Shown: piece by piece, positions 45,606 through 57,062 of the stretch
Layout: each line of letters begins with the position of its first letter
Numbering within the stretch: position 1 is the stretch's first letter
Program-made: the position numbers and the translations under genes
The notes under the pieces: model-generated
Told to the model about the DNA's origin: nothing
The model's database searches: none
Seen by the model: only the letters and a program-made list of their open reading frames with translations
Virus record (IMG/VR): IMGVR_UViG_3300020048_002392
Span: 1 to 64,000 of that record
DNA: 64,000 bases
Reading direction: 5' to 3' (one strand)
Source of the DNA: a virus

Positions 45606-47753
45606 ATGTCAAAGATTTCCCAGCTAGGTTCGATTTTAGCAGACGAAACTTCCACGAACGACCTGTTTGTAATGGTTAACCTCGCGCAGGGCGATAATGG
45701 TACAAAGAATATTTCTCGTAAAGAGATGGTTAAGGCCTTACAATTAGAGCCTTTCGAAAACATAAACGTCACTGGCGGTACTATTTCAAATGCGAATGTA
45801 ACTGCGACATCTGTTAATGCAACAAACATAACAGGTTCAACAATTTCAAGCAGCACAATATCAGGTTCAACATTTACATCTGGTACGATAACTGGAAGCT
45901 CTCTCACTAACTTTACTATAACCGGACTTCCAGATTACACCGAGCCTCTTAATGATGGCGACGAGTTTATAGTAAAAGAAGCAGCAACTGGACAGACTGT
46001 TAAAATTAGTTTCGCAGATCTTAACTTTGAAATTGCAGAGCAGCTAAAGAAAATAAACAAAGTGTACGTTTCTGCCGATGCTGAGGCAGGCGGTAACGGC
46101 AGCTACATGAAACCGTATCAGACGCTCGAAGAAGCGTTTGCGTTCATGAACTCAATTGATTACCCGATATCAATTTCAGTAATGCCTGGAAATTATTATA
46201 CGGAAGGAAACCTTTCGCTTCCTGACAAATGTTCAGTTGTTTCTACAAACGGGCAGTATGCAACTAACATACATCTTTACGATCCAAGTAATGGACCTGG
46301 AGAAGATTGGCACTTATACGACCCAATTGAAGAAAATTGTTTCTTGGTTGGATCTGGCTGCTACGTCCAAGGTTTTGGATTTAGGAATATGAGAGTTGAT
46401 AGCTTCGACGATCCAACTAAGGGTTTCGCAGTCGCTTTCAGACCTGGTGCAGCTATTCTAAGATCGCCGTACATTAAAGACTGTAGCCAAGTAAGTAACT
46501 ATACATCAAGAAGCATCGCGGCACCACTCGATCCTGTAAATTCAAACCCCCTCGTAGGAAGGGGCGGTGGCGTACTGTTGGCAGATAGATCGGTGCTGGA
46601 TCCAGATACGATTTTCCCATATATGTTATCCTTTGGTGCTACACCTCGTTCACCAAACGGCATGGGTTATGTTGCTAAGAACGGTGCCGGTATAAACGGT
46701 ATCGGTTCTATCACAATATTCCAAAGATGCGCGTTCTATGCATTAAACGGCGGTCAAGTTACTCTTAACAACTCTGGTACTCAGTTCGGCGACATATCAA
46801 TGAGAGCAAAGGGTTTTACATATGTTGTTGACCCATATGAATTAGTTGGCGTAGATCGTGACATATTAATAACTGCAAACACTCTTGCAGAATCTATAGA
46901 TACAAACCGTCAAGATATCATAAACGATATGTGGGGGCAGGTTTATGATACATACATATTAGATTTAGGTATCAGTGTTGATGAAACACTTACACGTAGA
47001 GATGCAAATAACTTTATACAATCCATATATTATGATATTCTTTCTGGCGGTCAAACTAGTTCAAGAAACTTTGCAGCAGGATTCTTTGATTATAAAGGTG
47101 ATCATGTATTTAGTGTTTTCAATCCGTCGGATCCTGATGCAATTTATGTTGGTAGCGCAAATAACGTAGTAAATCTACCAGCGGCAAGTTCAGTTGCGCC
47201 TAATTCAGCATACGTAGTATATAACCCTGGGTCACTACCAATAAATATATATGATGGCGATGTATATATATCAAACGGATCATCATGGACTAATATAGGT
47301 GCTAACGATGTAGCATTACTCGAAGCATTTACATTTTCTTTCAATAGAATGAAAACTTATATGCTAACATACACATCAGACGCTGCCGAGCAAGCGATGA
47401 TAAACACGCTGGTAGATTTAATAATAAGAACTCTACTTAATCCACAGAAACTTCTATTTGGAAGTTTGATTGAAAGCCTTGCACACCAGTTTAACTTGGC
47501 CGGAGCCGGAGTTAACAAGAATGCGCTTCCTCTCAACTTTAGAAGAGTAGGTAAACCACTACCAGCTAGCGGATCCGTTCTTAAAGAAGATAACGGTAGA
47601 GTAAGATGGTCTGGAGCGGACGAATTAAATAACCAGTACTTTGCTGGTGGACTAAAAATTAACGGAAGAACTGGCCGCCTTGAAGGTCGCCCATTCACCT
47701 CATCAGTTAGAAGATTGGCTAGAAGAGCAGCAAACAGTAGGGTATCAACATGA
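45606..47753 (+). CDS. virion structural / tail-associated protein with beta-helix-like region
   Basis: MSKISQL N-terminus, Thr/Ser-rich spacer, and GNGSYMKPYQTLEEA...MPGNY (tailspike-type motif); late promoter upstream. Confidence 0.6.
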   Translation: MSKISQLGSILADETSTNDLFVMVNLAQGDNGTKNISRKEMVKALQLEPFENINVTGGTISNANVTATSVNATNITGSTISSSTISGSTFTSGTITGSSLTNFTITGLPDYTEPLNDGDEFIVKEAATGQTVKISFADLNFEIAEQLKKINKVYVSADAEAGGNGSYMKPYQTLEEAFAFMNSIDYPISISVMPGNYYTEGNLSLPDKCSVVSTNGQYATNIHLYDPSNGPGEDWHLYDPIEENCFLVGSGCYVQGFGFRNMRVDSFDDPTKGFAVAFRPGAAILRSPYIKDCSQVSNYTSRSIAAPLDPVNSNPLVGRGGGVLLADRSVLDPDTIFPYMLSFGATPRSPNGMGYVAKNGAGINGIGSITIFQRCAFYALNGGQVTLNNSGTQFGDISMRAKGFTYVVDPYELVGVDRDILITANTLAESIDTNRQDIINDMWGQVYDTYILDLGISVDETLTRRDANNFIQSIYYDILSGGQTSSRNFAAGFFDYKGDHVFSVFNPSDPDAIYVGSANNVVNLPAASSVAPNSAYVVYNPGSLPINIYDGDVYISNGSSWTNIGANDVALLEAFTFSFNRMKTYMLTYTSDAAEQAMINTLVDLIIRTLLNPQKLLFGSLIESLAHQFNLAGAGVNKNALPLNFRRVGKPLPASGSVLKEDNGRVRWSGADELNNQYFAGGLKINGRTGRLEGRPFTSSVRRLARRAANSRVST

Positions 47754-48214
47754 CAATAACAACGCTAATAACAAGTCAGGCGCCAGACGCAAAACCGATT
47801 GGTGTAAGTAAATCCATAACAAACGCAGGGTGGACTATACTTATAGAAACACCGAACTACGAGATACCTGAAGAAACATTTGGTGGAGGTACTATTATTG
47901 TTCCGGGTGTTGCCGAAATCATCAGTCCTCTTCTTATATCAAATATATCGGCAGATAGCATAACAGTAGACATACGAATTTATCGTGAACTTGATAGTAA
48001 TGGTGACCCTGATGGTACTAATTATCTAATTGCTGCTCAACTACCTATTCCTGCTTTTGACATCTTGCCTTTACCACTGAATGGTCAATTTATCGCAAGC
48101 GGTGATAGACTAGAGATAACATCCGACGCAGTAAGCGGAATTAACGTAACCATATCATACACAGTCGGTCAGGCTGAACAGGATGACGTAGACGGAATAG
48201 TGGAGATCCTGTAA
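47750..48214 (+). CDS. small virion-associated hypothetical protein
   Basis: Beta-rich composition; ATGA/TAATG-coupled to the flanking structural genes. Confidence 0.6.
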   Translation: MTITTLITSQAPDAKPIGVSKSITNAGWTILIETPNYEIPEETFGGGTIIVPGVAEIISPLLISNISADSITVDIRIYRELDSNGDPDGTNYLIAAQLPIPAFDILPLPLNGQFIASGDRLEITSDAVSGINVTISYTVGQAEQDDVDGIVEIL

Positions 48215-51200
48215 TGGCTTTAAAAACTGTACGCGGTACTTCCTCTCTTATTGGACAGGGTGCCAAGTTAGAAACACCTATTAACTTAGATCCTAATTAC
48301 TTTGAAGGCGCTATCATTTATGGTAACGACCAAAACGTATACTATTCAAATGGAACACAGTGGATAATTCTTAACCAAGGTCTTCAAGGTATTCAAGGCC
48401 TACAGGGTATGCAAGGTCTTCAAGGTATTCAAGGTTTACAGGGTCTAACTGGACAAGGTATCCAAGGTATCCAAGGTCGTCAAGGCGTACAGGGTGTACA
48501 AGGTATTCAAGGTTTAACTGGACAAGGCATTCAAGGTCTACAAGGTACTGAAGGTCCACAGGGTATTCAAGGAACACAAGGTCCACAAGGTATTCAAGGA
48601 ACACAAGGACCACAGGGTATACAAGGAACTCAAGGGAACCAAGGACTGCAGGGAATACAAGGCTCGCAAGGTATATTCGGCGTTCAAGGTATTCAAGGAT
48701 CACAAGGGATAACCGGTTTCCAAGGTATTCAGGGATCACAAGGTGTTCAAGGCATACAAGGAACCCAAGGTATTCAAGGTACGCAAGGATCTCAGGGTTC
48801 ACAGGGTCTACAAGGACTCCAAGGTATTCAAGGGCCGCAAGGGCAACAAGGTGTTCAGGGATCTGTTGGATTCCAAGGTATTCAAGGATCACACGGCTCT
48901 CAAGGAACTCAGGGAACTCAAGGTATACAAGGATCGGTTGGTTTCCAAGGTATCCAGGGAACTCAAGGTCCACAAGGCATTCAAGGGCAAGAAGGTACTC
49001 AAGGAACACAAGGTACTCAAGGTGTTCAAGGTGTACAGGGTCAGCAGGGTATCCAAGGTCAACAGGGTATTCAGGGCAACCAAGGTATTCAAGGTCAACA
49101 GGGTATTCAAGGACCGCAGGGTATTCAGGGATCGCAAGGACTCCAAGGGGCGCAAGGTACGCAAGGTGTCCAAGGTCTCCAAGGTATACAAGGTAGTTAC
49201 GGTCCTGCGCTAACAATCATTGGATCTATTGCCGATGTATCTAACTTCGTTCCGCCTGATGATGAACAAGACGTATTAAATACGGCGTTCCCTAGTGCTG
49301 TAGTTGGAAACGGTGTCATCGATCTTGCTACTGGTAACCTATGGGTTTATGATGGCGCAAATTGGGATAACGTTGGCCAAATTCAAGGACCACAGGGTGC
49401 TCAAGGTACTCAAGGTCTGACTGGACAAGGCATACAAGGTATTCAAGGACCACAGGGTACACAAGGTGTACAAGGTATACAAGGCGCTCAAGGTGTTCAA
49501 GGCTCGCAAGGCATACAGGGTATCCAAGGGCCACAGGGCACTCAAGGTGTACAAGGTCTGTTTGGTATTCAAGGTATTCAAGGTAGACAAGGCATACAGG
49601 GAACCCAAGGTCCTCAAGGTGCGCAAGGCTCTCAAGGTGTGCAAGGTCTCCAAGGTATTCAAGGCTCAATAGGTGCACAAGGTGTTCAAGGCATTCAAGG
49701 GCATCAGGGTGTACAAGGCCTACAAGGTATTCAAGGAAACTTCGGTCCGCAAGGTATCATAGGTATTCAAGGCGTTCAGGGTATCCAAGGACCTCAAGGT
49801 GTTACTGGTTTCCAAGGTATTCAAGGTACTCAAGGCACTCAAGGTATTCAAGGTACTCAAGGTATTCAAGGTCAGCAGGGTATCCAAGGCCCGCAGGGTA
49901 CTCAAGGTGTGCAAGGTATTCAAGGACAAACTGGTCAGCAAGGTATACAAGGTCTAACTGGTTCGCAAGGCGCGCAAGGTGTATTAGGTACAACTGGATC
50001 TACTGGCGCTCAAGGTGTTCAAGGTATACAAGGACGACAAGGTGTACAAGGTCTAACTGGGCAAGGTATTCAAGGTATCCAAGGCGCAACTGGTGCTCAG
50101 GGTACCCAAGGTATTACTGGATCACAAGGCACAACTGGTAGCCAAGGTCTTCAAGGTATTCAGGGAACCCAAGGTTTAATTGGACCACAAGGCATTCAAG
50201 GTGTTCAAGGTGTTTATGGTAATCAAGGTCTACAAGGAGCTAGCGGTTCTGGAAACCAAGGTGTACAAGGTATAACTGGAAGTCAAGGTGCACAAGGTGT
50301 ATTCGGGAACCAAGGTATCCAAGGTAGACAGGGTATTCAAGGTCCTATAGGTCCACAGGGACTAAGAGGTGCACAAGGTATCCAGGGCACTCAAGGACTC
50401 CAAGGTTCGCAAGGCGTGCAAGGTCTAGTTGGACAAGGTATTCAAGGACTACAGGGTGTACAGGGTACATATGGGCCAGGTCTTTCTATTATCGGAACGA
50501 TAGCAACCGCAAGTAATGTACTGTTACAATCAACATTCCCAAGCGCAGTATCTGGAAACGCAGTTATTGAAACTAGTACAGGCAACCTATGGGTGTATGA
50601 CGGATTTGAATGGTCTGACATTGGCCAGTTCGTTGGATCTCAAGGTATTCAGGGTCGTCAAGGGGCGCAGGGTATTACTGGACAGCAAGGTGTACAAGGT
50701 CTTCAAGGTATCATTGGAGCGCAAGGTATAACTGGTTCTCAAGGTTCCCAGGGTCTTCAAGGTCTTCGTGGATCGCAAGGATCGCAAGGCATTCAAGGTA
50801 TCCAAGGTATTATTGGACCGCAAGGTATATCTGGTGTACTAGGATCTACTGGTCTGCAAGGTCTACAGGGTATGCAGGGCGCGCAGGGTCTTCAGGGTAT
50901 GCAAGGTATCCAAGGACGTCAAGGAGTTCAAGGTTTAACTGGTTCGCAAGGAATTGCCGGTTTTGTTGGTGGAGATGGTACACAGGGCACTCAAGGTATT
51001 CAGGGTGTTCAAGGTATCCAAGGGCGTCAAGGAGTTCAAGGTTTACAAGGTGTCACTGGCGCACAGGGTATATCAGGTGTTATAGGATCTAACGGTTTAC
51101 AAGGTCTTCAAGGCATGCAAGGCATCCAAGGAAGACAAGGTATTACTGGTGCACAAGGTATCTCAGGTGTTGTTGGTAACAATGGTATTCAGGGTATTCA

Positions 51201-52164
51201 AGGTCTGCAGGGTGTCACTGGCGCAACTGGTGCACAAGGTATCTCAGGTGTTGTTGGTAACAATGGTATTCAGGGTATTCAAGGTCTGCAGGGTGTCACT
51301 GGCGCAACTGGTGCACAAGGTATCTCAGGTGTTGTTGGTAACAATGGTATTCAGGGTATTCAAGGTCTACAGGGTCTTACTGGTGCAACTGGTGCACAAG
51401 GTATCTCAGGTGTATTAGGATCCAACGGTTCACAGGGTATCCAAGGTTTACAAGGCCTAATTGGTCCGCAAGGTATCTCAGGTGTCCTCGGTGGTGACGG
51501 TTCGCAAGGAACGCAAGGTATCCAAGGCCGTCAAGGTATACAGGGTACACAGGGTATTATCGGTCCACAAGGTATATCAGGCGTTCTAGGCTCTAATGGT
51601 TCACAAGGTACACAAGGTATACAAGGTGTTCAAGGTATTACTGGCTCGCAAGGAACAACTGGTACTGGTGCGCAAGGTGCACAAGGCATCCAAGGTCTAC
51701 AGGGTGTACTAGGTGTTCAAGGTCTTCAAGGTCTAACCGGCCCTTCCACCATTATCAATGCAACTGATGATACTACAACAACTACGCTATATCCTGTTAT
51801 GGTTGGAGCTGCCGGTTCAAACCAGACACCAAAGGTTACAACAACTAAGTTATATTTTAACGCTGCAACTGGTACTGTAAATGCTACAGAATTTAACTCT
51901 CTATCTGACATGGATCTAAAAGAGAATGTAACTTCAATTGCTAATCCACTTGAAGCAATAAAGAATATTGCAGGGTTTGCGTTTACTTGGAAGGATACAA
52001 AAGAAAAGTCGATTGGTGTATCTGCGCAGAACGTTGAAGAAATATTCCCAGATATTGTTAATAATAACCTGCATAAGACCGTAAACTATAACGGTTTAAT
52101 CGCGGTTCTAATTGAAGCAGTTAAGCAGTTAGATGATAAGATAGAAGCTGTAATTAGAAAATGA
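48214..52164 (+). CDS. collagen-like (Gly-X-Gln) long fibre with C-terminal S74-type intramolecular chaperone
   Basis: Hundreds of G-x-Q triplets, two globular inserts (GNLWVYDG..W), and C-terminal SDMDLKENV...IGVSAQNVE...[15 protein letters not shown]. Confidence 0.88.
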   Translation: MALKTVRGTSSLIGQGAKLETPINLDPNYFEGAIIYGNDQNVYYSNGTQWIILNQGLQGIQGLQGMQGLQGIQGLQGLTGQGIQGIQGRQGVQGVQGIQGLTGQGIQGLQGTEGPQGIQGTQGPQGIQGTQGPQGIQGTQGNQGLQGIQGSQGIFGVQGIQGSQGITGFQGIQGSQGVQGIQGTQGIQGTQGSQGSQGLQGLQGIQGPQGQQGVQGSVGFQGIQGSHGSQGTQGTQGIQGSVGFQGIQGTQGPQGIQGQEGTQGTQGTQGVQGVQGQQGIQGQQGIQGNQGIQGQQGIQGPQGIQGSQGLQGAQGTQGVQGLQGIQGSYGPALTIIGSIADVSNFVPPDDEQDVLNTAFPSAVVGNGVIDLATGNLWVYDGANWDNVGQIQGPQGAQGTQGLTGQGIQGIQGPQGTQGVQGIQGAQGVQGSQGIQGIQGPQGTQGVQGLFGIQGIQGRQGIQGTQGPQGAQGSQGVQGLQGIQGSIGAQGVQGIQGHQGVQGLQGIQGNFGPQGIIGIQGVQGIQGPQGVTGFQGIQGTQGTQGIQGTQGIQGQQGIQGPQGTQGVQGIQGQTGQQGIQGLTGSQGAQGVLGTTGSTGAQGVQGIQGRQGVQGLTGQGIQGIQGATGAQGTQGITGSQGTTGSQGLQGIQGTQGLIGPQGIQGVQGVYGNQGLQGASGSGNQGVQGITGSQGAQGVFGNQGIQGRQGIQGPIGPQGLRGAQGIQGTQGLQGSQGVQGLVGQGIQGLQGVQGTYGPGLSIIGTIATASNVLLQSTFPSAVSGNAVIETSTGNLWVYDGFEWSDIGQFVGSQGIQGRQGAQGITGQQGVQGLQGIIGAQGITGSQGSQGLQGLRGSQGSQGIQGIQGIIGPQGISGVLGSTGLQGLQGMQGAQGLQGMQGIQGRQGVQGLTGSQGIAGFVGGDGTQGTQGIQGVQGIQGRQGVQGLQGVTGAQGISGVIGSNGLQGLQGMQGIQGRQGITGAQGISGVVGNNGIQGIQGLQGVTGATGAQGISGVVGNNGIQGIQGLQGVTGATGAQGISGVVGNNGIQGIQGLQGLTGATGAQGISGVLGSNGSQGIQGLQGLIGPQGISGVLGGDGSQGTQGIQGRQGIQGTQGIIGPQGISGVLGSNGSQGTQGIQGVQGITGSQGTTGTGAQGAQGIQGLQGVLGVQGLQGLTGPSTIINATDDTTTTTLYPVMVGAAGSNQTPKVTTTKLYFNAATGTVNATEFNSLSDMDLKENVTSIANPLEAIKNIAGFAFTWKDTKEKSIGVSAQNVEEIFPDIVNNNLHKTVNYNGLIAVLIEAVKQLDDKIEAVIRK
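51145..51413 (+). repeat. 81-bp tandem repeat, about 3.3 copies, within the collagen gene
   Basis: Units start at 51145, 51226, 51307 and 51388 (partial) and encode [27 protein letters not shown]. Confidence 0.9.
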
Positions 52165-52179
52165 TAGGGAAGATTAATT

Positions 52180-53343
52180 ATGCCATTATATGCGTGTAAC
52201 GGATGTGTTAAGAATCTTTTTGTCACAGACGAAGAATTTATTGAAAGATTCACCGGTAAGCGACTGTTTACGTGGGGATTTAATGACGCAGGACAATTAG
52301 GAGATCAATCAAGAGTAAACAGATCTTCTCCAGTCCAAACAATTTCAACCGGAACGAATTGGAAACAAACTCAAATTGGTAGATGTAATGGCATTGGCAT
52401 TAAAACTGACGGTTCTCTTTGGGTGTGGGGGCAAGGCGTCGCTGGTCAAATGGGTAATAGTGCTGCAACAGCAAGATCTTCTCCAGTACAGACAATATCA
52501 GCAGGAACAAATTGGAGAAATGCGGCAATTGGGTGGACCACGGCAGCTGCTATTAAAACTGACGGTACACTTTGGCTGTGGGGTGGGGGAACTCTTGGTA
52601 CTCTTGGAAATCAAAATAGCGCAAACAATTTTTCATCACCAGTTCAAACCATTTCTACTGGGACAAATTGGAAACAAGTTAGCGTCGGTTGTGCAACAGC
52701 TGGTGCTATTAAAACCGATGGATCTCTTTGGTTATGGGGGCAAGCAACTGCAGGTATCTTAGGAAATCAGTCAGTAGTTAATAGATCGTCTCCAGTACAA
52801 ACTGTATCCAATGTCACTACTTGGAAACAAGTTAGAGTTGGCGGGCTTTTCACTGGCGCTGTTAAGACTGATGGTTCTCTTTGGTTATGGGGTACAGGAA
52901 CTGATGGTCAATTAGGTAGAGAAAATGTTATATCTCAATCATCGCCTGTTCAAACTGTATCTAACGTAACTACTTGGAAACAAGTTAGTGTAGGATATTA
53001 CAATGCAGCTGCTATTAAAACTGATGGGTCGCTTTGGACCTGGGGTCAAGGCAGTTCTGGAAAATTAGGAAATAACGGCATTACAAGTAGATCGTCTCCA
53101 GTGCAAACCGTATCAGCCGGGACAAATTGGAGATCTGTAGATGCAGGATTTCAACACGTTGGTGCTATTAAAACAGACGGGTCTCTTTGGTTATGGGGTG
53201 GAAACGCAACTGGATATCTAGGCGCGAATAATATTACCGTGCGGTCTTCACCAGTTCAAACTATATCGAGTGGTACTGGCTGGAGAAGTATAGGTATTTC
53301 GGCTAGTTCAACCTCTACACCAGCACTGTGTAACGTAGAATAA
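52180..53343 (+). CDS. RCC1/BLIP-II-like repeat beta-propeller protein 1
   Basis: Repeats of IKTDGSLWxWG...GxLG...SSPVQT...WKQV; N-terminal CNGC. Confidence 0.88.
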   Translation: MPLYACNGCVKNLFVTDEEFIERFTGKRLFTWGFNDAGQLGDQSRVNRSSPVQTISTGTNWKQTQIGRCNGIGIKTDGSLWVWGQGVAGQMGNSAATARSSPVQTISAGTNWRNAAIGWTTAAAIKTDGTLWLWGGGTLGTLGNQNSANNFSSPVQTISTGTNWKQVSVGCATAGAIKTDGSLWLWGQATAGILGNQSVVNRSSPVQTVSNVTTWKQVRVGGLFTGAVKTDGSLWLWGTGTDGQLGRENVISQSSPVQTVSNVTTWKQVSVGYYNAAAIKTDGSLWTWGQGSSGKLGNNGITSRSSPVQTVSAGTNWRSVDAGFQHVGAIKTDGSLWLWGGNATGYLGANNITVRSSPVQTISSGTGWRSIGISASSTSTPALCNVE

Positions 53344-53358
53344 TAAGGTTTATTATAA

Positions 53359-54525
53359 ATGCCGATAAAAGCTTGTCAAGGTTGCATCAAGGATATGTTC
53401 ATTACTACTATTGAAGCAATAGACTGCTTCACTGGTAAACAACTTTGGGGTTGGGGCGGTCCAATTAGTACGGCATTTAGTACTATAGGAGATGGTACAA
53501 CAGCAGATAGACCTTCACCAGTGCAAACAATCTCTGGTGGAAATAATTGGAAATGTGCTACATCTGGGACCAACCACTCAGCAGGAATAAAACAAGATGG
53601 AACCTTGTGGTTATGGGGATACGGCGGTTTAGGGGCTCTAGGAAATAACTCTGCCGCGAGTCAAGTATCCCCAGTCCAAACTATTTCAGGTGGGCAAAAT
53701 TGGAAGACTGTTAGCGCAGGTGGCTTCCACACACTTGCTATTAAGACTGATGGAACACTTTGGACATGGGGAAGAAATAATTCTGGATCACTTGGTGATA
53801 ATACAATAACAAATAAGTTATCACCAGTCCAAACAATTGCTGCTGGTAACGATTGGAGTTCAGGTTCAGCTGGACTTGAGTTAAGCGCAGCTATTAAAAC
53901 TGATGGTACATTATGGTTATGGGGAGTGGGATTCTGTGGGGCGTTAGGCAATGGTGCAATAACAAATAGGTCATCACCGGTACAGACGATCGCGGGTGGG
54001 AGCAATTGGAAACAAGTAAGTGCAGGTACTTATGCAGCTGCGGCAATTAAAACAGATGGTACTCTATGGACATGGGGGCGTGGAAATAGTGGAGAGTTAG
54101 GAGACAATACGACAGTTAGCAAATCTTCTCCTGTTCAGACGATCGCGGGCGGGAGCAATTGGAAAGAGGTTTCTACCGGAAGAACAGTAAAAGCAGCAGT
54201 CAAAACAGATGGTACTCTTTGGACATGGGGTTATAATACTAGAGGTGAATTAGGAGATAATACTGGTGTGGCGAAATTGTCTCCGGTACAGACGATTGCT
54301 GGAGGGTCGAATTGGAGAAGTGTTTCAATATCAGATCACGCCGCAGCTATTAAAACTGATGGCACTGTTTGGACTTGGGGTTATAATGGTAGAGGTGGTC
54401 TTGGTGACAACACAGTAGCTAACAAATTTTCGCCAGTTCAAACAGTTGCTTTAGGAACTTCTTGGAAACAAGTTTCGTCTGGAACAACAAACACTACGCT
54501 TGCAATTAAAGAGGTAGAGTTCTAA
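53359..54525 (+). CDS. RCC1-like repeat protein 2
   Basis: Same repeat; N-terminal CQGC, paralogous to 52180. Confidence 0.88.
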   Translation: MPIKACQGCIKDMFITTIEAIDCFTGKQLWGWGGPISTAFSTIGDGTTADRPSPVQTISGGNNWKCATSGTNHSAGIKQDGTLWLWGYGGLGALGNNSAASQVSPVQTISGGQNWKTVSAGGFHTLAIKTDGTLWTWGRNNSGSLGDNTITNKLSPVQTIAAGNDWSSGSAGLELSAAIKTDGTLWLWGVGFCGALGNGAITNRSSPVQTIAGGSNWKQVSAGTYAAAAIKTDGTLWTWGRGNSGELGDNTTVSKSSPVQTIAGGSNWKEVSTGRTVKAAVKTDGTLWTWGYNTRGELGDNTGVAKLSPVQTIAGGSNWRSVSISDHAAAIKTDGTVWTWGYNGRGGLGDNTVANKFSPVQTVALGTSWKQVSSGTTNTTLAIKEVEF

Positions 54526-54562
54526 TAAATAATAAGAACCACCTATAAGATAAAGGCGTCGT

Positions 54563-55771
54563 ATGGTAAACTACATCTGCACAAGATTCAAAGATAGTGA
54601 CGGGTTAGACCTCGGTTGTCATTTGATACCTAAGGAGTATCTTCTTGAAAAATATCCAGCGATACAAGAATGGGTGAAAGCTCCTGCTCTTTGGGGTTGG
54701 GGTAACAATGATTATGGAAAATTAGGTAACAATTCAACACTAGATTTCTCTTCGCCAGTTCAAACTATATCCAGTGGAACAAACTGGAGAAGCGTATCTA
54801 CTGAAAACACTAGAGCATCAGGTATTAAAACTGATGGCACATTATGGAATTGGGGTCAAAATAGAAATGGTGGCTTAGGAAATAACGATATTGTAAACAG
54901 ATCTTCTCCAGTACAAACAGTGTCTGGAGGAACAAATTGGAAAGCTGTTAGCAGTTCATCGCATGGGAGTATAGCGTTAAAAACCGATGGAACTCTTTGG
55001 GGTTGGGGTTTGAACGCCTACGGCCAACTAGGTAATAATAATAGGATCAACAGCTCATCACCGATACAGACTATTTCCAGTGGCACCAACTGGAAAAGCA
55101 TAAATGCTATTTTGTTTTCTTCATTCGCAATAAAAACCGATGGTACTCTTTGGGCTTGGGGTGATGGAGTATATGGAAAATTAGGAAACAATAGTGTAAT
55201 AAGTAGATCTTCGCCAGTACAAACTATATCCGCAGGAACCAACTGGAAGCAAGTGAGTGCAGGGTGGTGTTTTACAGTTGCTACAAAAACAGATGGTACT
55301 CTTTGGTTGTGGGGTAGTAATTTAGGCGGACGTCTTGCAGATCATTCATCAACAGATAGATCATCTCCTGTCCAAACCGTGTCTGGTGGAACTAACTGGA
55401 GACAAGCAAGTGCTGGAAGGTGTCACGGCGCAGCGATTAAAAACGATGGCACACTTTGGACTTGGGGTGCAGCATGCGCTGGAAGATTGGGCGACGAGTC
55501 TAATTTCCTAGTAAATATGTCATCCCCTGTTCAAACGGTTTCAGGTGGCACTAATTGGTTCTCAGTTAAAGCTGGCGTTACACACAGCGCAGCAATTAAA
55601 ACTGATGGCACACTTTGGCTATGGGGATTTAATGGATACGGGAATCTTGGAATAAACACTATTACTATCAGAACGTATTCTTCTCCGATGCAAACGATGT
55701 CTGGCGGTACGAACTGGAAATTTGCAGAAGTCGGATCTGGCACTACTTTTGCGTTGAAAGATGAAGGTTAA
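54563..55771 (+). CDS. RCC1-like repeat protein 3
   Basis: Same repeat; N-terminal GLDLGCHL..KEY.LE.YP. Confidence 0.88.
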   Translation: MVNYICTRFKDSDGLDLGCHLIPKEYLLEKYPAIQEWVKAPALWGWGNNDYGKLGNNSTLDFSSPVQTISSGTNWRSVSTENTRASGIKTDGTLWNWGQNRNGGLGNNDIVNRSSPVQTVSGGTNWKAVSSSSHGSIALKTDGTLWGWGLNAYGQLGNNNRINSSSPIQTISSGTNWKSINAILFSSFAIKTDGTLWAWGDGVYGKLGNNSVISRSSPVQTISAGTNWKQVSAGWCFTVATKTDGTLWLWGSNLGGRLADHSSTDRSSPVQTVSGGTNWRQASAGRCHGAAIKNDGTLWTWGAACAGRLGDESNFLVNMSSPVQTVSGGTNWFSVKAGVTHSAAIKTDGTLWLWGFNGYGNLGINTITIRTYSSPMQTMSGGTNWKFAEVGSGTTFALKDEG

Positions 55772-55797
55772 GATGTCACATAGGAGACTTTTTAGAA

Positions 55798-56994
55798 GTG
55801 GTAGATAATCCATCAGGGTTTAAAATAACAGACACAGCCGCTTGCTGGGATAAAGTTGATTTTAACGACGTCTTCATCAATAAAGATTGCTTTCAAGAAG
55901 GCGGTCTTTGGTTATGGGGCTGGCCGTCAGGTGGAAAGTTGGGTGATAACACGAATACGACTAAATTTTCACCAGTGCAAACAGTTTCAGGTGGTGTTAA
56001 TTGGAAGCAAGTAATAATTGGTTACAATCACACAGCAGCAGTGAAAACTGATGGTTCATTATGGGCATGGGGATTTAATAATGTCGGGCAATTAGGTAGA
56101 AATAATATAGTTAACGCTTCGTCACCAGCCCAAACAATATCCAGTGGAACTAATTGGAAAGGTGTTAGCATAGGAGGTGCTCATACTGGAGCAATAAAAT
56201 CCGATGGCACTTTATGGGTGTGGGGTTTAAGTTCTAATGGACAAATTGGCGATAACGCAATCGTGAATAGGTCGTCACCAGTACAAACAGTGTCAGGTGG
56301 ATCGTCATGGAAAAAAGTTAGTCTTGCTGGGTCTCACTCTGCTGCAATTAAAACTGACGGCACGCTTTGGTTATGGGGTAACGGCAATTCAGGTAGACTA
56401 GGAAACGACTCAATATTAAACAGATCTTCTCCAGTCCAAACTATATCAGGCGGTACTAATTGGAAACAAGTTAGCGCTACTGGTTTGTTTTCTGCTGGTA
56501 TTAAAAATGATAGTACACTTTGGTTGTGGGGAGTTGGAGTAAACGGTCAGCTAGGAGATAACCGAGTTGGACTCAGATCTTCACCAGTTCAAACTATATC
56601 CGAAGGTACAAATTGGAAGCAAGTTGGTACTGGGTATGACCACACCGCCGCAATCAAAATAGATGGTACGCTATGGTTATGGGGCAAATCTAATTTTGGA
56701 CAGATAGGCGGTAGCAATGGGTTGCAAAGCGTTTCTTCTCCAGTACAGACAGTATCTGGTGGCACTAATTGGAAACAAACAAGTGTTGGGTATGCGCATT
56801 CAGCTGCAATCAAAACAGATGGTACTCTTTGGGCTTGGGGTGTAGGTTCTTATGGTGCGTTAGGAAATAATAGTTCGTTATCGCAATCTTCACCAGTACA
56901 GACGATATCCGGTGGAACGAGTTGGTTATCCGTGTGCATGCAAGGTGGGGCAATTAGCACATCTGCTATTAAAGATGGCGGAACTATTTTTTAA
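55798..56994 (+). CDS. RCC1-like repeat protein 4
   Basis: Same repeat; N-terminal NP.GF.IT...DF.DVFI.KDCF.EGG. Confidence 0.88.
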   Translation: MVDNPSGFKITDTAACWDKVDFNDVFINKDCFQEGGLWLWGWPSGGKLGDNTNTTKFSPVQTVSGGVNWKQVIIGYNHTAAVKTDGSLWAWGFNNVGQLGRNNIVNASSPAQTISSGTNWKGVSIGGAHTGAIKSDGTLWVWGLSSNGQIGDNAIVNRSSPVQTVSGGSSWKKVSLAGSHSAAIKTDGTLWLWGNGNSGRLGNDSILNRSSPVQTISGGTNWKQVSATGLFSAGIKNDSTLWLWGVGVNGQLGDNRVGLRSSPVQTISEGTNWKQVGTGYDHTAAIKIDGTLWLWGKSNFGQIGGSNGLQSVSSPVQTVSGGTNWKQTSVGYAHSAAIKTDGTLWAWGVGSYGALGNNSSLSQSSPVQTISGGTSWLSVCMQGGAISTSAIKDGGTIF

Positions 56995-57004
56995 GAGACT
57001 TCAT

Positions 57005-57012
57005 TATAAATA
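57005..57012 (+). promoter_or_regulatory. late promoter
   Basis: Intergenic TATAAATA upstream of 57063. Confidence 0.75.
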
Positions 57013-57062
57013 CATTAAACTCATAGTAAATCTATTATGACATATAATTTAAAGAGGATAAC

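Noticed and set aside
48371-51418. Multiple alternative-frame and antisense ORFs with LEYL/KVFKV repeats
   Set aside because: These are by-products of the repetitive CAAGGT collagen codons.
48370-51730. Short periodic repeats resembling a CRISPR array
   Set aside because: The 9-nt codon periodicity lies inside an open frame. There are no constant repeats with unique spacers and no cas genes.
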